Shown: positions 10,300-18,846 of the stretch, piece by piece | Layout of the letters: the number at the start of each line of letters is the position of its first letter | Numbering within the stretch: position 1 is the first letter of the stretch | DNA from: a bacterium | GTDB taxonomy: Bacteria; Fidelibacterota; Marinisomatia; Marinisomatales; UBA1611 | Direction: 5' to 3' | DNA: 64,000 nt | Assembly: GCA_004321745.1 (NCBI GenBank) | Contig: SGYO01000004.1 | Location: forward strand, 47,016 to 111,015 | Position numbers and translations under genes: made by a program | Notes under the pieces: generated by a model | Seen by the model: the letters and a program-made list of their open reading frames with translations, nothing else | Databases searched by the model: none | Told to the model about the DNA's origin: nothing

Positions 10300-11326
10300 A
10301 AGTGTATTAGTCAGTCTATTTTTAAAAGCCCAAATTATTTTGGGCTTTTTATTTTTCAATTACTCATGTTCAAATGTTTCAATTGAAAATATAATCTCTG
10401 GTCAAACAATGGGGACTACTTATAATGTTAAAATTATTCATTCCACAGCCATTGAAAATATTGATCAAGTCAAATTTGAAATTGATTCCATTCTTGTTGA
10501 CTTTAACAAACAGATGTCTACCTGGATAGACGACAGTGAAATTTCAATCTTTAATAAAACATTATCTACCGAACCATTTAAAATATCTGACGAGTTCTTT
10601 CATGTCTTAGAGCAAGGTAAAATTATAAACCAGCTTACTGATGGAGCTTTTGATTTTACTATATTTTCACTCGCTGCAAATTGGGGATTTGGTCCGGACT
10701 CTTTAGTTATTATAGATAATCCTCAAGATGATAAAATTAAACAAATTCTATCTTATACTGGATCAGATAAAATAGAGCTTGATTACCCTTTTATAAAAAA
10801 AACAAATCCTGATGTTCAGTTAGATCTTAATGCTATAGCTAAAGGTTATGCTGTTGATTTAGTTTATGGACGGCTTCAAAAAAGTGGATTTAATAATTTG
10901 TTTATTGAGATAGGAGGTGAAATTCGTTGTAGTGGTTTTAACAAAGACGGTAAAAATTGGGTTATAGGAATTGATAGCCCTATAGAAAATTCCAGCCAGC
11001 GAATTTTTACCACTGTTCAGCTTCATAATGCTTCCTTAGCTACATCTGGAAACTATAGAAATTATTTAGAGCGGGGCGGAGAAAAAATAAATCATACTAT
11101 AAATCCAACAACTGGAATGCCAGTGTTAACTGATGTACTATCTGTTAGCGTTAGATCTCAAAACTGTTTGAGTGCAGATGCATGGGCCACCGCCTTAATG
11201 GTAATGACATATGAAAAGGGTAGAGAAAAGATAAATATTATGGATAACCTTGAAGCTTTTTGGATTTTATCTGATCAGGATGGAAATCTAAATCAACGTT
11301 ACACTAAAGATTTCTTTAAAAAATAG
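10283..11326 (+). CDS. apbE: FAD:protein FMN transferase ApbE (flavinylates NqrB/NqrC)
   Basis: The conserved ApbE N-terminal strand [12 protein letters not shown] is present, and the gene sits directly after nqrF. TTG start at 10283 gives a hydrophobic leader ending FFNYSC (lipobox-like). The start is uncertain (alternative ATG at 10409). Confidence 0.85.
   Translation: MIVLVKSVLVSLFLKAQIILGFLFFNYSCSNVSIENIISGQTMGTTYNVKIIHSTAIENIDQVKFEIDSILVDFNKQMSTWIDDSEISIFNKTLSTEPFKISDEFFHVLEQGKIINQLTDGAFDFTIFSLAANWGFGPDSLVIIDNPQDDKIKQILSYTGSDKIELDYPFIKKTNPDVQLDLNAIAKGYAVDLVYGRLQKSGFNNLFIEIGGEIRCSGFNKDGKNWVIGIDSPIENSSQRIFTTVQLHNASLATSGNYRNYLERGGEKINHTINPTTGMPVLTDVLSVSVRSQNCLSADAWATALMVMTYEKGREKINIMDNLEAFWILSDQDGNLNQRYTKDFFKK
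10324..10356 (+). terminator. Rho-independent-terminator-like hairpin 25 nt after the nqrF stop, embedded in the predicted apbE leader coding region
   Basis: AAAAGCCCAAA (10324-10334), loop TTAT, TTTGGGCTTTT (10339-10349): an 11-bp perfect stem followed by T-A-TTTTT. The upstream A-tract makes it potentially bidirectional. Confidence 0.6.
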
Positions 11327-11328
11327 GA

Positions 11329-11502
11329 TTAAACACCCTCTAAGTTATCGCACTTTTCAGTGTCTCCTCCACATATCGTACAACTTTCATCAGCGCCAAT
11401 GCCGCCACAACTTCCTTGAATTGGTTTGTCATTAAAAATTACTCCTATTGATAAACCAAATATTGCAATTCCTAGGATTATTATTGATAAATAAACAGTC
11501 AT
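11329..11502 (-). CDS. nqrM: NqrM-like (DUF539) Na+-NQR maturation protein, 57 aa
   Basis: Hand-translated; not in the ORF track. Sequence: MTVYLSIIILGIAIFGLSIGVIFNDKPIQGSCGGIGADESCTICGGDTEKCDNLEGV. One TM helix is followed by a Cys-rich tail with the GSCGG motif. It is convergent with apbE, with stops 2 nt apart. Confidence 0.75.
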   Translation of the reverse strand: MTVYLSIIILGIAIFGLSIGVIFNDKPIQGSCGGIGADESCTICGGDTEKCDNLEGV

Positions 11503-11596
11503 AATAGTATTAATTTACAATGGTAAGGCTATTACTTAGCATATAGAAAATTTTGTAGATTAGAAGCTAAATTAATTATTAAATAAGGGTGTATTT

Positions 11597-13027
11597 ATGT
11601 TGAGAAAATTAAGCCTTCTAATTTATTTTTTTCTACCAATTATATGTTTAGGTGCTGGCGGTGGTCACGGAGGGGACTACCATCTTGATGGCAGTTTAGC
11701 AAATATGGGAATTATATGGGTGGTTCCATTTGCAGGTATTTTATTATCGATAGCTATTTTCCCTTTAGTCTTACCTGATTTTTGGCATCATAACTTTGGT
11801 AAAATATCTCTTTTTTGGGCCTCAATATTGATCATTCCTTTCGTCATCAAAGAAGGTATAGGTGTTACTTTATACGAATTGTTACACGTTGGCTTATTAG
11901 AGTATGTACCATTTATCATTCTCCTTTTAGCTTTATTTACGATATCAGGAGGCGTTAGACTTACTGGTGCCCTTGTTGGAACTCCTATTGTAAATCTAGC
12001 TATAATTTTAATAGGGACCTTTTTAGCAAGTTGGATGGGTACGACTGGAGCAGCGATGCTACTTATAAGGCCCTTAATAAATGCAAATAAACATCGTAAA
12101 AATATCGTTCACATCATTGTATTTTTCATTTTCTTGGTTGCAAATATTGGTGGGTCTTTGACTCCACTGGGAGATCCTCCTTTATTTCTGGGTTTTTTAA
12201 AAGGTGTTGATTTTTTTTGGACCACTACAGCAATGTTTGTCCCAATGCTAATTATGATAATTGCATTATCTATAATTTTTTATTTTTTAGATTCTTATTA
12301 CTTGAAAAAGGAAGATATTAAAGTTGAAACACCTCAGGAAAAGTTAAAATTAGGCATTGAAGGGGTATTTAACTTAGGATTAATTGTTGGCGTTATTGGC
12401 GCTGTTTTAATAAGTGGTTTTTGGAAGCCTCATATTAGCTTTGAGGTCTTTTCTGGTGTTCACTTAGAACTTCAAAATTTGACTCGTGACATTTTACTTT
12501 TAATTCTGACCTATATTAGTTGGACATATACTTCTCAACAAATTCGTAAAGATAATGAATATACTTGGTTTCCTATCATTGAGGTCGCAAAACTTTTTGC
12601 TGGAATTTTTGTAACTATCATTCCTGCTATAGCGATACTTAAGGCTGGAACTAATGGAGCTTTAGCCGGTATAATTAATGCTGTTTCTAGTGATAATGGT
12701 CCTGTTAATATTATGTATTTTTGGTATACAGGCGTATTATCGAGTTTCTTGGATAACGCACCAACATACTTAGTGTTTTTTAACACAGCTGGTGGTGATC
12801 CTATTACTTTAATGGGTGAGCTGAAAAATACATTGTTAGCTATTTCCGCTGGTGCAGTTTTTATGGGAGCAAATACTTATATTGGTAATGCACCAAATTT
12901 CATGGTCAAATCTATCGCGGAGTCGTCAGGCGTTGAAATGCCTAGTTTTTTTGGATACCTATTTAAATGGTCTATTCCATTTCTTGTGCCATTATTCATT
13001 ATCGTAAGTTGGATATTCTTTGCATGA
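11597..13027 (+). CDS. NhaD/ArsB-superfamily permease, probable Na+/H+ antiporter
   Basis: 476 aa with more than 10 TM segments and two-repeat architecture. Motifs include GGSLTPLGDPPLFLGF and SSFLDNAPTYLVF, typical of proteins annotated as NhaD-type sodium:proton antiporters. Substrate is not provable from sequence alone. Confidence 0.65.
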   Translation: MLRKLSLLIYFFLPIICLGAGGGHGGDYHLDGSLANMGIIWVVPFAGILLSIAIFPLVLPDFWHHNFGKISLFWASILIIPFVIKEGIGVTLYELLHVGLLEYVPFIILLLALFTISGGVRLTGALVGTPIVNLAIILIGTFLASWMGTTGAAMLLIRPLINANKHRKNIVHIIVFFIFLVANIGGSLTPLGDPPLFLGFLKGVDFFWTTTAMFVPMLIMIIALSIIFYFLDSYYLKKEDIKVETPQEKLKLGIEGVFNLGLIVGVIGAVLISGFWKPHISFEVFSGVHLELQNLTRDILLLILTYISWTYTSQQIRKDNEYTWFPIIEVAKLFAGIFVTIIPAIAILKAGTNGALAGIINAVSSDNGPVNIMYFWYTGVLSSFLDNAPTYLVFFNTAGGDPITLMGELKNTLLAISAGAVFMGANTYIGNAPNFMVKSIAESSGVEMPSFFGYLFKWSIPFLVPLFIIVSWIFFA

Positions 13028-13569
13028 GAATTACAAAAGTAACAACAAAGACAGGAGATGGTGGTAAAACAAGTTTAGGCAACGGTCAGCGTGTCCATAA
13101 AAATCATCCAATTATTAATACCTTAGGTGAATTAGATTATCTCAATTCGATAATTGGTTGGGCAGAAGTTGAAAGTGCAAATGAAAGCTATTCTCGTGAA
13201 TTAAAAAATATTCAGCAAGATATTTTCAATATTAGCGGCGATTTGTCCTTGCCAAATAGTGATGTCTCGTTGCTTAAAGAAGAACGTATCATTCATTTAG
13301 AGAAAATGATAAAAAGTATGAATGAAAAGTTACCCCCACTTGAAGAATTCATACTCCCTGGAGGAAGTGAGCTCAATGCTAGATTGCACATTGCAAGAAC
13401 AACTTGTCGAAATAGTGAAAGATCATTAGTAAGTCTTCATTTAGAGCATGATAAAAACAAAATTCATGCAAAATATCTTAATAGGTTGTCAGATTATTTA
13501 TTTCTACTTGCTAGAGAGGTTGCACAAAGTGAGAATCAAAATGAGGAACATTGGGAGCTCGAAAAATGA
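13024..13569 (+). CDS. ATP:cob(I)alamin adenosyltransferase, PduO/MMAB type
   Basis: The internal ATG at 13024 (ATGA overlap with the upstream stop) gives MRITKVTTKTGDGGKTSLGNGQRV, the conserved PduO-type N-terminus. The ORF-track extension from 12967 lies inside the transporter gene. Confidence 0.85.
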   Translation: MRITKVTTKTGDGGKTSLGNGQRVHKNHPIINTLGELDYLNSIIGWAEVESANESYSRELKNIQQDIFNISGDLSLPNSDVSLLKEERIIHLEKMIKSMNEKLPPLEEFILPGGSELNARLHIARTTCRNSERSLVSLHLEHDKNKIHAKYLNRLSDYLFLLAREVAQSENQNEEHWELEK

Positions 13570-14588
13570 ATTTTAACAATTCGATTATTGATTGGAAGCA
13601 AGTTGATAATGTGATTAGTTCAAGCAACCGAATTCTTCTCACAACTCACGAAAATCCAGATGGCGATGGACTTGGCTCTGAGGTTGCAATGTATCATCAT
13701 TTGTGTGATGAAAAAAAAGATGTAAAAATTATCAATTGTTCTATTACACCATCGATGTTTGATTATATAAATGAGGGTGGGTGTATTGAAACTTATAATG
13801 AGAGCTATCATCTAGAGTGGTTAAAAAAATGTGAGTTGGTCATTGTTTTTGATGTTGGTGACTTTAACCGAACTAGGAATGTTAAAGAAGCAGTAGAAAG
13901 ATTTAACATTCCAGTCATGAACATTGACCACCACCCACACCCTGATAAAAATGATTTTTCCTACAATGTCGTAGACATCAAAGCTGCTGCAACTGGTTGT
14001 ATGGTTAGAAGCTATCTTGAAGTTGCTCGATCTGCTCCGTTAAATAAAAAAATATGTGATGGAATATATACTGCGGTTATGACAGACACAGGGTGCTTTA
14101 AGTATAGTAATACCGATACGTATTGTCATTCAATTGCAATTGAGTGTTTGGAAAATGGAGTTGACACTAATTCTATTTATCAAAAAATTTATGAGAATAG
14201 CTCTAAAAAAAGAGTAAGTGTTTTGGCACATATGATTGAAAATATTTCTTATGAATTGGACGGTAAATTTGCATGGTCTTATGTTACTATAGAAATAATG
14301 AAAAAATATGAAGCAAATAAAGAGGATTTAGAAGGTTTTCCTGATTTCATTAGGTCAATCGAGGGGGTTGAGGCTGCTTTAATGATTTTTGAAATTGAGG
14401 ATAATTTATGTAGAATGAATTTCCGTTCTAAAGGTAAAATTATTGTTAATAAAATTGCTAAATCTTTTAATGGTGGAGGACATGCGTTTGCCTCTGGAGC
14501 TGTTCTTCATCAGCCGATAAGTGAAGCGAAAAAAGTTATTATAGATAAAACTATAGAAATGGTTCAAGAACAATTGGATAATATTTGA
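13566..14588 (+). CDS. nrnA: DHH/DHHA1 phosphoesterase, NrnA-like nanoRNase/pAp phosphatase
   Basis: Motifs HENPDGDGLGS, NIDHHPHP and the DHHA1 motif FNGGGHAFASG are present. ATG at 13566 overlaps the upstream stop (ATGA); 13551 is an alternative start. Confidence 0.8.
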   Translation: MNFNNSIIDWKQVDNVISSSNRILLTTHENPDGDGLGSEVAMYHHLCDEKKDVKIINCSITPSMFDYINEGGCIETYNESYHLEWLKKCELVIVFDVGDFNRTRNVKEAVERFNIPVMNIDHHPHPDKNDFSYNVVDIKAAATGCMVRSYLEVARSAPLNKKICDGIYTAVMTDTGCFKYSNTDTYCHSIAIECLENGVDTNSIYQKIYENSSKKRVSVLAHMIENISYELDGKFAWSYVTIEIMKKYEANKEDLEGFPDFIRSIEGVEAALMIFEIEDNLCRMNFRSKGKIIVNKIAKSFNGGGHAFASGAVLHQPISEAKKVIIDKTIEMVQEQLDNI

Positions 14589-15452
14589 ATGAAAATACTT
14601 GTAGCAAAGGATGCTGGTTATTGTTTTGGTGTAAGGGATGCAGTAAATCTTGCCAAAAAGAGTGGTGATGACTTTCAAGAGGTTTACATGTTGGGTGATA
14701 TTGTTCATAATGAAACGGTCGTTGATGATTTAAATAAAAGTGGTTCTAAAGTTGTAGAAAGTTTAAATGATATTCCTGAAGACAAGCCTGTGCTGTTTCG
14801 TGCCCATGGCACCGATCCAGAAACATGGAAGAAAGCACAAAAAAAGAAGTTAAATATCATTGATGCTACCTGCCCATTAGTTACAGAAATTCATGAAGAG
14901 ATAAAAGAGTTAGAATCTGAAAATAGAAGGACTATTATTATTGGTGATCACAATCACGATGAGGTCGTAGGTATAGCCGCTCAGGTGAAAGATCCCATCA
15001 TCATTTCATCTGTCGATGAGGCTAAAGAATTAGGAAAAATGAAACGAGCTGGGGTAGTAAGTCAGTCAACTCAAATGATTGAAAATGTCCAAGAAATATT
15101 AAATGTACTTTCAGAAAAAGTTTATGATTTAAGATTTGTAAATACAATCTGTTTTCCTACTAGGAGAAATCATGATCAAATTAAAAAACTATCCAATATA
15201 TGTGATTTGATGATTGTTATAGGCTCCTTTACTAGTGCTAACTCAAAGAGACTTACACAGTTATCGTTAGAAAGAAATAAGAATTCTTTTCAGGTAACAT
15301 GTGCTGATGATATAAATGAATCATGGTTTGATAGTGTAGATAGTGTTGGTATTTCTGCTGGAGCCTCTACGCCAGATAATTTGATAGAGGATGTAATAGC
15401 AAAAGTAAAATTATTTTCAAAAATTAAAGTTAAGGAAGAAATATATGGGTAA
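14589..15452 (+). CDS. ispH: 4-hydroxy-3-methylbut-2-enyl diphosphate reductase
   Basis: 287 aa with [23 protein letters not shown] and SANSKRL motifs of IspH/LytB. Confidence 0.92.
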   Translation: MKILVAKDAGYCFGVRDAVNLAKKSGDDFQEVYMLGDIVHNETVVDDLNKSGSKVVESLNDIPEDKPVLFRAHGTDPETWKKAQKKKLNIIDATCPLVTEIHEEIKELESENRRTIIIGDHNHDEVVGIAAQVKDPIIISSVDEAKELGKMKRAGVVSQSTQMIENVQEILNVLSEKVYDLRFVNTICFPTRRNHDQIKKLSNICDLMIVIGSFTSANSKRLTQLSLERNKNSFQVTCADDINESWFDSVDSVGISAGASTPDNLIEDVIAKVKLFSKIKVKEEIYG

Positions 15453-16326
15453 AGATCAATTTAATGTTAAGATTGGCCTAGCGGAAATGCTCAAAGGTGG
15501 AGTAATAATGGATGTAACAAATGTTGAGGAAGCAAAAATAGCCGAATCAGCTGGAGCATGCGCTGTTATGGCATTAGAAAGAATACCTTCTGATATTCGT
15601 AAAGATGGAGGTATTGCAAGAATGAGTGATCCAAAAATGATTGAAGAAATTCAAAAAACAGTTTCCATACCAGTTATGGCAAAATGCAGAATTGGTCATT
15701 TTGCAGAGGCTCAAGTATTAGAGGCCTTAGAGGTTGATTTCATTGATGAGAGTGAAGTGCTTACTCCTGCGGACGAGCACAACCACGTTTGGAAACATGA
15801 TTTTAAAGTTCCATTTGTTTGTGGATGTAGAAATCTCGGAGAAGCTTTAAGGAGAATTGCTGAAGGTGCTGCTCTCATTAGGACGAAAGGAGAAGCTGGA
15901 AGCGGAAACATTGTCGAGGCAGTAAGGCACATGAGAACAGTAATGAATGATATTGCCAAACTAAAGAGTATGAGTAAAGAGCAGCTTGTTGCTGAGGCAA
16001 AAAATATGGGTGCACCACTAGATTTAGTTATGCAAGTTTCTAAAACTGGGAAATTACCTGTTCCTAATTTTGCTGCTGGTGGTATAGCCACTCCTGCAGA
16101 CGCTGCATTAATGATGCAGTTAGGAGCTGAAACTGTATTTGTTGGTTCTGGTATTTTTAAAAGTGAGGACCCAGAAGCTCGCGGAAAGGCTGTAGTAGAG
16201 GCAACAACAAATTATAAATATGCAAGTAAGGTATTAGAAGCAAGCAGGGGATTAAAATCTGCCATGAAAGGTTTAGACATGTCAGAAATTCCTGAGGGTG
16301 AAAGATTACAGGAGCGGGGCTGGTGA
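15445..16326 (+). CDS. pdxS: Pyridoxal 5'-phosphate synthase lyase subunit
   Basis: 293 aa. [42 protein letters not shown] is near-universal PdxS sequence. Confidence 0.95.
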   Translation: MGKDQFNVKIGLAEMLKGGVIMDVTNVEEAKIAESAGACAVMALERIPSDIRKDGGIARMSDPKMIEEIQKTVSIPVMAKCRIGHFAEAQVLEALEVDFIDESEVLTPADEHNHVWKHDFKVPFVCGCRNLGEALRRIAEGAALIRTKGEAGSGNIVEAVRHMRTVMNDIAKLKSMSKEQLVAEAKNMGAPLDLVMQVSKTGKLPVPNFAAGGIATPADAALMMQLGAETVFVGSGIFKSEDPEARGKAVVEATTNYKYASKVLEASRGLKSAMKGLDMSEIPEGERLQERGW

Positions 16327-16934
16327 TAAAAATTGGCGTATTAGAGCTACAAGGTAATTTTGAATCGCACCATAAAATTTTAAAGAAGTTAGGGTATGAT
16401 TCTGTTGGCGTTAAGAACTCTAATGATTTAGAATGTCTTGACGGCCTAGTTTTACCTGGCGGAGAGTCAACCACAATGTCACTATTAATTGACTCTTTTA
16501 ATCTACGGGATTCATTATTAGATTTTTCTAAAAAAAAACCGATCTTAGGTACTTGTGCTGGATTAATTTTAATGGCTAAAAATATTGAAAATGAATCGAG
16601 AGTTAATCCACTTGGCATACTGGATATCACGGTAGATAGAAATGCATATGGTAGGCAAATCATGTCAAAAAAAGAACAAATAAACATGAAATTCAATTCT
16701 AAGCTAGTCGATTTTGAAGTCACTTTAATTAGGGCTCCAAAGATCATAGAAATGGGCGATGAAGTCCAGGTTCTATTAGATCTTGATGACTCTCCAATAG
16801 CGATATACAATGGAATGCATATGGGGTTATCTTTTCATCCTGAACTAAATGGTGTGACTTTATTTCATGAGAGTTTATTTAGAGGATCAGTAAATTCAAA
16901 TTTTCAAGCTCCAGGAAATATTAATGCAGCTTAA
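16323..16934 (+). CDS. pdxT: PLP synthase glutaminase subunit
   Basis: GTG start overlaps the pdxS stop (GTGA). [18 protein letters not shown] and GTCAG (catalytic Cys) are present. Confidence 0.9.
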   Translation: MIKIGVLELQGNFESHHKILKKLGYDSVGVKNSNDLECLDGLVLPGGESTTMSLLIDSFNLRDSLLDFSKKKPILGTCAGLILMAKNIENESRVNPLGILDITVDRNAYGRQIMSKKEQINMKFNSKLVDFEVTLIRAPKIIEMGDEVQVLLDLDDSPIAIYNGMHMGLSFHPELNGVTLFHESLFRGSVNSNFQAPGNINAA

Positions 16935-18834
16935 ATATTTACCAAATATTAAATCTCCTGACGATTTGAAAAAACTTAATACTGGAGAACTACATACTTT
17001 ATGCGAAGAGTTACGTTTTTATACTATAAATACGATAACTGAGATTGGGGGTCATTTAGCTCCAACCTTAGGAGTAATCGAGCTTACTACTGCTCTACAT
17101 TATGTTTATAATACGCCAGAAGATAAGTTAGTTTGGGATGTTGGGCACCAAGCATATGCTCATAAATTATTGACTGGTAGATTTGAAGAGTTCCCAAGCA
17201 TAAGACAATACGGCGGTCTTAGTGGTTTTTTAAAACGTAGCGAGAGTGAATTTGATGTTTTTGGTGCAGGGCATGCTTCAACTGCAATTTCTGCCGCTCT
17301 GGGTATGTCTGAAGCTAGATATCAAAATAAAAAAGATTACAAGGTTGTATCTGTCATTGGTGATGGGGCTATGACGGGAGGGTTGGCCTTTGAGGCTATT
17401 AATAATGCTGGACATTTAGGTAGGCAGATAACAGTTATTTTGAATGACAACGAAATGTCTATTAGTCCCAATGTTGGGGCAATAAGCAAATACTTCACGA
17501 GACTGATTTCCAATCCTATTTACAATAAGCTTAAACAAGAAGCTTGGGGAATGACTAAAAAGCTTCCTCTAGCAAAAGGTACCATACAATCATTTTTGAG
17601 TAGGTTAGATAAAAGTATTAAAAATATTATTGTTCCAGGTATGTTATTTGAAGAAATGGGCTTTAGGTACTTTGGACCAATAGATGGACACGATTTAGAT
17701 GAAGTAATTAAAACTTTAGAAATGATAAAGGACCTTGACAGACCTGTTCTATTACATGTGCTAACAAAAAAAGGTAAAGGAATGTCCCTAGCTGAAGATA
17801 ATCCAGTAAAGTATCATGGAGTAAAAGCAAACGGAAATTCCAATGGAACTACAAATGGAAAAGCATCAAAAATTAAAAAAAATATCATACCTTCCTTTCA
17901 GGATGTCTTTGGGCACCTTGCGTGTGAGGTAGCTGATCTTCGAAAAGATACTGTATGCATTACTGCTGCTATGCGAGAAGGTACGGGTTTGGTGCCTTAT
18001 GAAAAGAAATTTAAGGATAGGTATTATGATGTAGGTATAGCAGAGGGACATGCTGTAACATTTTCTGCTGGGTTGGCAACTCAGGGAATAAGGCCAATTG
18101 TAGCTATATACTCTACTTTTTTACAAAGAGCATTTGATCATATTGTGCATGATGTTTGTGTACAGAATTTACCTGTCATTTTTTGTATGGATAGAGCTGG
18201 TATTGCTGGTGAGGATGGACCTACTCATCATGGTGCTCTAGACATCGCTTATTTTAGATGTATTCAAGGCATAGTATTAGCTGCCCCGAAAAATGGTAAC
18301 GAGTTTAGAGATTTACTATATACGGCATTAAATCATAGTGGTCCTGTTGGAATACGTTATCCAAAATTTAATTCAATAGAATTTGATGAAGTTGGCCAAG
18401 CCAATCTGCTGCCAATAGGTTCTTGGGATGTCGAAAAAAAAGGAGATGATTTGGTAATTCTTGCAGTAGGTCCTATGGTATATAGTGCTTTGAAAGTAGC
18501 AGAAGAATTAAATGCACAAAATATTTCGGTTGAGGTTGTAAACTGTAGGTTTATTAAACCGATGGATAATAGTTATCTAAAAACGATTGTTTCTAGAGGT
18601 ATAAATAACATTTTGACAATCGAGGAAGGAGTTATTGAGGGTGGTTTCGGAGATGGAGTTAGTTCTTTTTTGATTGAAAATGGTTTTAAAGGTAATTTGA
18701 AAAGGCTCGGACTTCCTGATTCTTATGTACAGCATGGAAGTAGGTCTCAAATTTTATCACACCTATCGCTGGATGATTCTGGTATTAAAACAAAAGTTTT
18801 AGAATTAATTGATGAGGTCAAAGAGTTTCATTAG
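16924..18834 (+). CDS. dxs: 1-deoxy-D-xylulose-5-phosphate synthase
   Basis: 636 aa with GGHLAPTLGVIELT, the GDGAMTGG ThDP motif and DVGIAEGHAVTFSAG. Confidence 0.95.
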   Translation: MQLKYLPNIKSPDDLKKLNTGELHTLCEELRFYTINTITEIGGHLAPTLGVIELTTALHYVYNTPEDKLVWDVGHQAYAHKLLTGRFEEFPSIRQYGGLSGFLKRSESEFDVFGAGHASTAISAALGMSEARYQNKKDYKVVSVIGDGAMTGGLAFEAINNAGHLGRQITVILNDNEMSISPNVGAISKYFTRLISNPIYNKLKQEAWGMTKKLPLAKGTIQSFLSRLDKSIKNIIVPGMLFEEMGFRYFGPIDGHDLDEVIKTLEMIKDLDRPVLLHVLTKKGKGMSLAEDNPVKYHGVKANGNSNGTTNGKASKIKKNIIPSFQDVFGHLACEVADLRKDTVCITAAMREGTGLVPYEKKFKDRYYDVGIAEGHAVTFSAGLATQGIRPIVAIYSTFLQRAFDHIVHDVCVQNLPVIFCMDRAGIAGEDGPTHHGALDIAYFRCIQGIVLAAPKNGNEFRDLLYTALNHSGPVGIRYPKFNSIEFDEVGQANLLPIGSWDVEKKGDDLVILAVGPMVYSALKVAEELNAQNISVEVVNCRFIKPMDNSYLKTIVSRGINNILTIEEGVIEGGFGDGVSSFLIENGFKGNLKRLGLPDSYVQHGSRSQILSHLSLDDSGIKTKVLELIDEVKEFH

Positions 18835-18846
18835 ATTAATGTTGAT

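Noticed and set aside
12967-13023. N-terminal extensions offered by the ORF track (also 13551-13565, 23561-23578, 32142-32225, 46808-46870, 59330-59350, 60688-60738)
   Set aside because: The conserved protein N-termini begin at the internal start codons, several with SD-like sequences or ATGA/TAATG coupling. The extensions lie inside upstream genes or spacers and look non-conserved.
15711-16091. 126-aa minus-strand ORF
   Set aside because: It is antisense within pdxS, one of the most conserved proteins in the window.
16157-16810. 217-aa minus-strand ORF, the longest unexplained ORF in the track
   Set aside because: It lies entirely antisense to the strongly conserved pdxS 3' end and pdxT. 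The protein is low-complexity (Ser/Ile/Phe-rich) with no recognisable motif. This is a typical shadow ORF.
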